Both the position numbers and the translations under genes were made by a program. The notes beneath the pieces are model-generated. The model was not told where the DNA came from. It did no database searches and saw nothing but the letters and a program-made list of their open reading frames with translations. This document shows, one piece after another, positions 57,403 to 64,000 of a stretch of DNA of 64,000 bases. The stretch covers positions 32,001-96,000 of IMG/VR virus record IMGVR_UViG_3300048762_000252; one strand, written 5' to 3'. How positions within the stretch are numbered: position 1 is the stretch's first letter; each line of letters begins with the position of its first letter. The DNA comes from a virus. Taxonomy: Duplodnaviria > Caudoviricetes.

Positions 57403-57762
57403 TTAGAATAACATTAATTCTGAATATGTCAAGTTCTGCGGGCTATGCTCCCATGCTGTTACCTGAGATAAAATTTCTGTAGGCAGTTTGACAGTGATTT
57501 TTTTTCTGGATGCTTCGTCCTTCATCTCTTCTACCATCATGTCGATTTCATCTCGCCGATCTTGAAGAACTTCGAGTAGTATCGCCACTTCATAATCAGA
57601 AAGATCGAAATTAGACACTTCAAGTAAATCTTCTGTATCAAGTTCACAGAAATATACATAAAGATCTTCATCGAGGCTCCAAGAAAATCCTTCGGAGCTT
57701 TTTGGCTGCTTCGGAGTGATGTTTACCAAAGTTTGCAATGTGAAGTTTTTCTTTGTGTTCAT
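57403..57762 (-). CDS. acidic hypothetical protein
   Basis: co-oriented ORF. Confidence 0.5.
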   Translation of the reverse strand: MNTKKNFTLQTLVNITPKQPKSSEGFSWSLDEDLYVYFCELDTEDLLEVSNFDLSDYEVAILLEVLQDRRDEIDMMVEEMKDEASRKKITVKLPTEILSQVTAWEHSPQNLTYSELMLF

Positions 57763-57813
57763 ATACCAAGCGTCGGTTATGTTTGGATAATTTCTAACTT
57801 TGAATAAGAACCT

Positions 57814-58398
57814 TTATTCGCCACCACTTACTGCCATCAAAATGTGCATCAAGCCAACCCCCTGTTGTCTCGCATCATCAAGAGCATTATGATTAATTTC
57901 AAGTCCTTCGCTCCATTCGTCCGGTAGAAGACTACGTTCCGCTTCAGAATACGGAACAGCGAACAAAATTGAAATTGCTGTACGGATATCAAATGCCCGA
58001 TTGCGTTTAAATAGATCATTTACTGCATCTTCACCGATAAATTTGTAAAGATACCAAAATAGGAATGCTGAATCAAAGGCTGATGGATTCGCTGCCAAAA
58101 TATGAGGTTGTGGTAAAGCAATGCACCAATCGTAAAACTCTTTCATAACTACAACTGGATCACGGCGTTCCTTGCGAATGCGTTTCCATTCTGCCAAATT
58201 TTTCATCCAAAATTCCATTGTGCCTTGACTGCGTTCGGAACCATCCCATTCTTCTAATGCGGCATAAAAATGACTGATTTCTTTGCCGCCTCTGTATGCA
58301 ACGGCTCCTAAAGCAATCATTGAGTGAACGCCTGCTACAAGCCCTGTTGTTTCTATATCAAAACTAATGATCGTATCCTTTTCTAATAATCTATGCAT
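57814..58398 (-). CDS. second DEDDh 3'-5' exonuclease
   Basis: SFDIETTG, FDSAF, FDIRT, HNALDDA. Confidence 0.88.
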   Translation of the reverse strand: MHRLLEKDTIISFDIETTGLVAGVHSMIALGAVAYRGGKEISHFYAALEEWDGSERSQGTMEFWMKNLAEWKRIRKERRDPVVVMKEFYDWCIALPQPHILAANPSAFDSAFLFWYLYKFIGEDAVNDLFKRNRAFDIRTAISILFAVPYSEAERSLLPDEWSEGLEINHNALDDARQQGVGLMHILMAVSGGE

Positions 58399-59488
58399 GT
58401 CCTTTCCTGGCGTTCCCTTTACGATTCGCCCAATGCTGAAGTTCCAATTTCGCACGCTCTCCGCTAAAAAGATTCATGTCAATAAGCTCACGAATCTTTT
58501 CTGGTTTGTATCCATTCATTACCATCAAGTTAATATCTTTTTCTTTGATGTTTTCCGGCCAAATGCAGACAGAATAACCATTTTCAATAGCCCTAGCAAT
58601 TTTTTTTATAGTGTCAACTTTGTGTTTTTCGTTGTCGTAAACAATGGCGATTCTGTCCCGTGGAAATCCAGATGGAATATCGCTACCCGCCATTGCTATA
58701 GCATGTGGTAAAAATAAGCTGTCAAGGGGTCCTTCCACACAGTAAATCCGTTCCTGACTCACCAATGAGATTTTATGCATCCCAAAAATTCGTGGCGCAT
58801 CTTTGTCTGCCTTGATTGTGATGTATCGGACGGCTCCGGGTGCATCCACCCACTTATTCAATGCTTTGTCATACTTTGGTTGTGATCGGCCTTGCATAGC
58901 AATCAATTGATGCTTGGTGTCAAAAAATGGAATGATGATACGGCCTTCTTTTATCAAAGCAAACTGGTGTCCTGGCAAAAATTTGTCAACTACTGCTGGA
59001 AAATCATCAGTCCAATAGAGTTCTTTCAGTGCATCTGCCGGTAGTTTGCGCCAATCTAGATACGCACGGGCAGGATGATCCGGTCCAAGCGTTGCGATAG
59101 CAGGACATCCGACAAGGGCTGTAGGTTTGGCTGGTTTGTACTCTTTCTTCTTTTGATAATTTTTGACTACTTCAGCAGGATCTTCATCTTTTTGTCTTGG
59201 ATGTGCTTGACCTTTGTCAAGATACGACTCGTAGATGTATTCTTTGTAAATTGATGAATCTAATTCTTGGATTAATTTGCCAAACGGCAAACAAATTCCG
59301 CAATTATGACATTTGTAATATAATCCGTCGTCTCCTCGAAGTATATAACCTCTAGTTTTATACTTTTTCTTTTTTGAATCGCCGCAAATAGGACAGGATA
59401 CTGTATAAATATAATCAGCTTTCTTTTTAAAATTGCGAAGAAGTGGACGAATTTTCATTACATATTGTTCGTCAACATATAAGCTCAT
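58391..59488 (-). CDS. gp61: T4-like DNA primase
   Basis: CPICGDS....K.RG...YKCHNCG, R..IPF, QGRS, VEGPLDSLF, YDNE, KDIN.M. Confidence 0.95.
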   Translation of the reverse strand: MSLYVDEQYVMKIRPLLRNFKKKADYIYTVSCPICGDSKKKKYKTRGYILRGDDGLYYKCHNCGICLPFGKLIQELDSSIYKEYIYESYLDKGQAHPRQKDEDPAEVVKNYQKKKEYKPAKPTALVGCPAIATLGPDHPARAYLDWRKLPADALKELYWTDDFPAVVDKFLPGHQFALIKEGRIIIPFFDTKHQLIAMQGRSQPKYDKALNKWVDAPGAVRYITIKADKDAPRIFGMHKISLVSQERIYCVEGPLDSLFLPHAIAMAGSDIPSGFPRDRIAIVYDNEKHKVDTIKKIARAIENGYSVCIWPENIKEKDINLMVMNGYKPEKIRELIDMNLFSGERAKLELQHWANRKGNARKGHA

Positions 59489-60254
59489 GATAGCCTCAAT
59501 TTATAAAATCACCAATATCGACAACGGCAAACAATATATTGGATACACAAAAGGAAATATTAATTTTCGTTGGAAAAAACATTTATCAAATGCGGTACGT
59601 GGGTCTAAAAACATATTACACCGAGCAATTAGAAAGCATGGTGAAAATTCCTTTATAGTAGAAATTATTTACCAATCGTGGGAACCAAAATACTGTTTGA
59701 ATGTCATGGAAGAATATTTTATCAAAGCGTACAACACTCATTATATTGATGGCATTGGATACAATATGACTCATGGTGGAGACGGCAGCGATGGGATGCT
59801 TGGTAGACATCATTCCTTTGCTACACTTCTTAAATTGAGAAAACCACGCATCAATAAAGGTAAACTTAGACGACCTTATAGTGCCGCATACTGTGAAAAA
59901 ATGAAAGGAAAAAATTTGGGAGAAAAAAATGGAATGTTTGGCAAAAAACCTGCCAATTATGGAATTCCAATGAGTGAAGAGCAAAAGCAAAAATTGAAAC
60001 AAGTATGGAAAAATCGTTCTGATTTGAGACAAAATTATTCTAAGAGGATGAAGCAAAACAATCCCATGCACAATCCCGATGTGGTACGCCGCACAATAGA
60101 AACTATAAAACAAACCGGAGCCTGCGCTGGAGGAAATAATGGAAGAGCAAAACCATGTAGCATCAATGGAATTACATATGCTACCATTGGCGATGCCGTT
60201 AAAGCTTCCGGGAATTCTCGATACGCAATCAAAAAGCGTTGTACATTTATTTGA
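59487..60254 (+). CDS. GIY-YIG homing endonuclease (antisense)
   Basis: SIYKITNIDNGKQYIGYT, GYNMTHGGDG, GEKNGMFGK. Confidence 0.9.
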   Translation: MIASIYKITNIDNGKQYIGYTKGNINFRWKKHLSNAVRGSKNILHRAIRKHGENSFIVEIIYQSWEPKYCLNVMEEYFIKAYNTHYIDGIGYNMTHGGDGSDGMLGRHHSFATLLKLRKPRINKGKLRRPYSAAYCEKMKGKNLGEKNGMFGKKPANYGIPMSEEQKQKLKQVWKNRSDLRQNYSKRMKQNNPMHNPDVVRRTIETIKQTGACAGGNNGRAKPCSINGITYATIGDAVKASGNSRYAIKKRCTFI

Positions 60255-60308
60255 CATCGCTCTTTTATTAAAACACGAAACCGAATAATGTCAAGACGGT
60301 AGGTGTAC

Positions 60309-60797
60309 CTATTTCACTCCAGTTTTGTGAATTGTATCGGCCAGTTTGGAATGCCCAAAAATTTTGTCCGCAAATATACGTGGATCAACCGGGTCTGGGC
60401 CTACAATTTCGAGTTTTCGGCGTACTGGCACCCCAGGTTCGGCAAAACTAGGCTCACCTTTGCGCTGGATGCCGATTCCTGCGATTTGGGCGTTCCCGGC
60501 TGCATTTGTTGGCATGGGACCGCCCATAGAGCCACCTTCGTCTTCGGACACCTTCTTGGGCTTCTTAGGCGGCTGCAAAGCAGGATTCCAATTGTGCTTG
60601 CAATTACCGCATTCACGAAACGGTCCAGACTGCTTTACATGTCCTTTTATTCTACAGATTGGACAAGTTTCTGCGCTCTCTGAAACATCTTTGCAACGGC
60701 GGCAATGCTCGTTATCGGCTGGTGCATAACTGCTTTGCTTTCGACTTTTGGATTCTGATAAGGTTGCGTCTTTTTTAAACTGCCTAAATGTCTTCAT
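60309..60797 (-). CDS. putative head protein with IP-like N-terminus
   Basis: MKTFRQFK..TLSE; Zn-finger module; VSEDE..PTNAAG...IAGIG...EPGV. Confidence 0.6.
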   Translation of the reverse strand: MKTFRQFKKDATLSESKSRKQSSYAPADNEHCRRCKDVSESAETCPICRIKGHVKQSGPFRECGNCKHNWNPALQPPKKPKKVSEDEGGSMGGPMPTNAAGNAQIAGIGIQRKGEPSFAEPGVPVRRKLEIVGPDPVDPRIFADKIFGHSKLADTIHKTGVK

Positions 60798-60834
60798 ACT
60801 TTTCCTTAATATCTTCTCAAGTCTAAATACCAAT

Positions 60835-61354
60835 ATGAATATTTATCATACACGTCAAGAAGCGTTGTCAAATGGAAGCACCTTCTATCAAGGAAAGCCT
60901 TGCAAAAATTGTTTTTCTATTTTACGGTATGTTAGTACTTATGCTTGTGTTAACTGCTCTAAAGCACCAAATGATAATAAACGAGCAGCATCAAAACGTT
61001 GGAAAAACAAAAATAAATCTCATATTAAAGAATATCGAAAACAATGGCATGTCCTTCATAAAGAAGAAGAAGATCAATACAAAAAAGAATGGCGTTTACA
61101 ACGTCTAATCATTGATCCAGAATATACTTGATACTCCACAACATAAACAACAGTTATTATATTTTGCTTTCAAAACCTTCCAATCTTTTACTGAATGAGT
61201 TCCTTCCGCCGCATGTATTTCTGAAGATCATATCATCCCTTTGTCCGCTAACGGAACTAATTACATCACAAACATTCAGCCGTTATGTATGTCTTGTAAT
61301 TCAAAGAATTTTCAACGGTTTCGTAAATTTGGAATACAAATCGATTATCGTTAA
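60835..61354 (+). pseudogene. disrupted HNH endonuclease (antisense)
   Basis: YQGKPCK.C...RY.ST..CV.C N-terminus stops at 61131; EDHIIPLS..GTNYI.NIQPLC.SCN.K at ~61223 in another frame behind a stop. Confidence 0.75.
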
Positions 61355-61932
61355 ATTTCAACGACATCATCACGACTCACTACAACTATTTTGTTGGGAT
61401 AACCTTGGACCGCCAGTTGGAATACTTCAACACCCAAAATCTTTGTAATTGGTTTCAAATTCTGCTTTGCAACGATAATGGTTCCTTTTCGTAACTCATC
61501 TCCCTTTACATCTAACATGTTGTTGTTGAGCTTGTACTTGCCTTGCTGTAAAAGCTCTTCTTCCAGATATTCTTCTGTAATAAGTGTTTCGTCAACCGCA
61601 TCGTTGTCTCGCAAAAAGCTCATGAATGTTTTTTCCATAATCAATACTCCTTCATCATCTCCTAACTGTTCTTTCAACAAGAACAATGCGGCTGCGTAAG
61701 TTCCAATTTTTGATTTTCCACCAGGAATCTTTTCAATGAGCCTTTTGATATTCATTACAAGTCGATGAAATAGTGTGTATGAATTTGCTTGTTCAGAAGT
61801 CATTTTATCAGTTTTAATTAATAACTTTCCTCTGGCATCAATAACTCCTAATTTGAATGCTTCAGTTTCGTCAAAAGGAGTTACTAACAATTTGATAAAT
61901 TTATACACTAACCAAGCATCAATCAAACCCAT
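61351..61932 (-). CDS. conserved T4-like hypothetical protein
   Basis: Y.FIKLLVTPF..T.AFKLG.ID..G...YT.FHRLV.NIKR. Confidence 0.75.
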   Translation of the reverse strand: MGLIDAWLVYKFIKLLVTPFDETEAFKLGVIDARGKLLIKTDKMTSEQANSYTLFHRLVMNIKRLIEKIPGGKSKIGTYAAALFLLKEQLGDDEGVLIMEKTFMSFLRDNDAVDETLITEEYLEEELLQQGKYKLNNNMLDVKGDELRKGTIIVAKQNLKPITKILGVEVFQLAVQGYPNKIVVVSRDDVVEI

Positions 61933-61933
61933 T

Positions 61934-62326
61934 TCAAATACCTCGTAAAACTGTAATCAACCTTGCGTCGAGCGCAATATCTGATGATATGATGTCTTTT
62001 CCATTAATTCCAATTACTCGATCAGACATAAAATTCAAAAAAACTAACACCGTTTTCAGCATTGGCCACAAATCCGGTTCTAACCGAAAAAAAAGAATTC
62101 GAGTCGCTGCTTCAATACCAAATACATTAAACAAAATAATAGTGTGGTTAAGAATCAACCTTTCTTTCAATACACCTTTTGTCTGATAACGTTTAAACAA
62201 GCGTTTGATATATTTGATACGATCATAGTCTTCTACAAATTCCTGCGTGCCTCGGCTAGCCGGATTGTCGTAACACTTCGCTGCATAAAGAAGGATGTTT
62301 TCTTCTGTTAAATTTTGAAAAATCAT
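61934..62326 (-). CDS. conserved T4-like hypothetical protein
   Basis: LTE.N.LLYA...YDNP....EF.ED..R.KYIKRL...LKERLILNH.I...NVFG. Confidence 0.75.
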   Translation of the reverse strand: MIFQNLTEENILLYAAKCYDNPASRGTQEFVEDYDRIKYIKRLFKRYQTKGVLKERLILNHTIILFNVFGIEAATRILFFRLEPDLWPMLKTVLVFLNFMSDRVIGINGKDIISSDIALDARLITVLRGI

Positions 62327-62327
62327 A

Positions 62328-62633
62328 CTATATCGTGTACAATCTCCCACTCACCGCTGTGTCGGATGGCACGATCTTCTTATTGAGATTATCATCTTCG
62401 TTGCCATCAACTTCAAGTTCAGTAAACAACCGATCATCAATTCCGATGTCAGGAACGAGTTTTTGTTTTTCGGTCATATCAAAATCAGGCACGGTGTCAG
62501 GGACTCCTGCTGTATCTATATCATCTTCGGTGGTCAATTTTTTCTTTAGTTCGTTAAATGTTTTGGGATGACTTTCGACAACGCCACCGACAATGACTTT
62601 TTTACGTTTGATGGTAGGAAGATGACGAGTCAT
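62328..62633 (-). CDS. hypothetical protein
   Basis: co-oriented ORF; internal KTFNELKKKLTTE resembles the IP-like motif. Confidence 0.5.
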   Translation of the reverse strand: MTRHLPTIKRKKVIVGGVVESHPKTFNELKKKLTTEDDIDTAGVPDTVPDFDMTEKQKLVPDIGIDDRLFTELEVDGNEDDNLNKKIVPSDTAVSGRLYTI

Positions 62634-62662
62634 GCCCGCCGAAATTTCATTTTCAGTAGTTA

Positions 62663-63892
62663 TTACTTTTTTTTTTCTTTCTTGAGTTGGTCTGTTAACC
62701 TTTTTGCCGAAGCCAATGCACTATCATAAACATTCTCACCTGGAAACGCACCACCACTACCCTTTTCTACTCCATTGTGTTCATGCCAAAAGTTATCCCC
62801 CTTTTTAGTGAGATAAAACGAATGTCCAGATGGGTGATGATAAGTATCGTCTCCATGAAGAGGAGAATACTCAAATCCATGGCTGGTTAGATGTTGATGA
62901 ATGTCGCCCTTAGTTGCTCTAGCTTCAGTTATTCTTTTTTTTACAAGTGGCTTTTTTTCATCCATATGATAACCGCCGCAGCCACATCCCGGAAAAGTTT
63001 TTTGTGTACATTTAATCATGGCATTCTTTTTGGGAAAATGCTTTTCTAATTCTTCCTTAGACCATATTTCTGTTACTGGCGAAGAAACATGACTAATGCT
63101 ATGGTGTGTTCCCGAAAATCCTTTTCCATTTGCACCACGGTTTACATCGAATTTATGACCTTTGTATTCAAATTTAGAACTACCGCTTCCAGCGAAACCA
63201 GATTTTCCGCCTGGAAGTTGTTTTACATCCGGTTCTGATGTAAATTGGGAATTTCCACTTTTAGCATGTTTTGCATATAAAGACTTGAATTTTTTGACTA
63301 CTGGATGATCTGGAGTCGGAGAATCCATACTTACAGTTTGTGATCTTGCCCATTCATCATTTTGTGATTCGGATACAATTTCTTCACCAAAACCAACAGC
63401 CTGTGCGCCGTGTTCAATCGTTGCATCGAGTGTGTAGACACCGCCAGTCTTCTGGTATGTCACCACAAGATTCAGCCCGCCAGGAACACGATCTTTGATG
63501 CCATCATCGCCGCTTACAAAGCCGTCAGGAGAACCAAGCACACCAAAGCGGCCACCAAACTGTGAAAGCGGAACTTCTACTCTTCCTTGTTCGCCGGTCA
63601 TGAGAATCTTTTTTAAATCGAAGTTGATACCAATCATCATGAGTTTCTTCCATAGAGCATTTAATGGCATATATGGATTAAGATATTGTTTATTTGCAAT
63701 ATCATGGCAATAAGCATTCAGCTTTTCTAACATTTCCGGTCTTTCGACGGAATGCGCCGCACTATCTACATCGTCCACAGCTTGAACTGATGGGACACCC
63801 GCTGAACAGTCTGGAGAATTCCATCCTAACCACTCGTTAAGTTCTTTTTCAATAGGATGTAATTCATCTTGTAATTGTCTATAAGTTTTCAT
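62663..63892 (-). CDS. putative capsid-internal polyprotein
   Basis: MKTYRQLQDE N-terminus; LNE/VSE/VTE/ITE spacers; C-terminal LTSHGFEY...YHHPSGH module. Confidence 0.7.
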   Translation of the reverse strand: MKTYRQLQDELHPIEKELNEWLGWNSPDCSAGVPSVQAVDDVDSAAHSVERPEMLEKLNAYCHDIANKQYLNPYMPLNALWKKLMMIGINFDLKKILMTGEQGRVEVPLSQFGGRFGVLGSPDGFVSGDDGIKDRVPGGLNLVVTYQKTGGVYTLDATIEHGAQAVGFGEEIVSESQNDEWARSQTVSMDSPTPDHPVVKKFKSLYAKHAKSGNSQFTSEPDVKQLPGGKSGFAGSGSSKFEYKGHKFDVNRGANGKGFSGTHHSISHVSSPVTEIWSKEELEKHFPKKNAMIKCTQKTFPGCGCGGYHMDEKKPLVKKRITEARATKGDIHQHLTSHGFEYSPLHGDDTYHHPSGHSFYLTKKGDNFWHEHNGVEKGSGGAFPGENVYDSALASAKRLTDQLKKEKKK

Positions 63893-64000
63893 AATCCGGC
63901 TCCGGCAGTTTCCATTTGTAATTGAAACACTCCAAGTTAAAATACGGTTTTATATGTTCAAAGAAACATTGAACAGTTTTTCTCTTAGATGCTTTTATTA

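Overview
64 kb of a large T4-like (Tevenvirinae/Kyanoviridae-type) myophage genome, standard genetic code. 1-19.8 kb (+): head module with portal gp20, an ~8.7 kb expanded prohead-core region, protease gp21, scaffold gp22 and major capsid gp23. 19.8-64 kb (mostly -): accessory and replication genes (NADAR, radical SAM, Pth2-like, aaRS-like, JAB, two DEDDh exonucleases, RNase H, intein-containing class II RNR, ThyX, primase gp61) and 10 tRNA or tRNA-like genes. About 22 homing endonucleases or remnants make up roughly one fifth of the window. Main observations: (1) a 16-codon leader peptide MTRTRIRVRSISKRKR, between a late promoter and the tRNA cluster, whose codons match the anticodons of the downstream tRNAs and which overlaps alternative hairpins, so it may be a tRNA-depletion-sensing attenuator; (2) two tRNA-Arg genes lacking a D-arm, with a D-loop-like segment moved 3' of the anticodon arm and supported by covariation, plus a 105-nt Ala-acceptor RNA and a long-variable-arm UAU tRNA; (3) dispersed capsid-targeted polyproteins (gp67-like or IP-like N-termini, gp21-type (L/I/V/F)-x-E spacers) carrying 8 copies of a His-rich HicA-like module; (4) minimal TA(A/T)ATA-N5/6-ATG leaderless late cassettes. 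All family calls come from motif recognition by eye; no database search or folding program was run.
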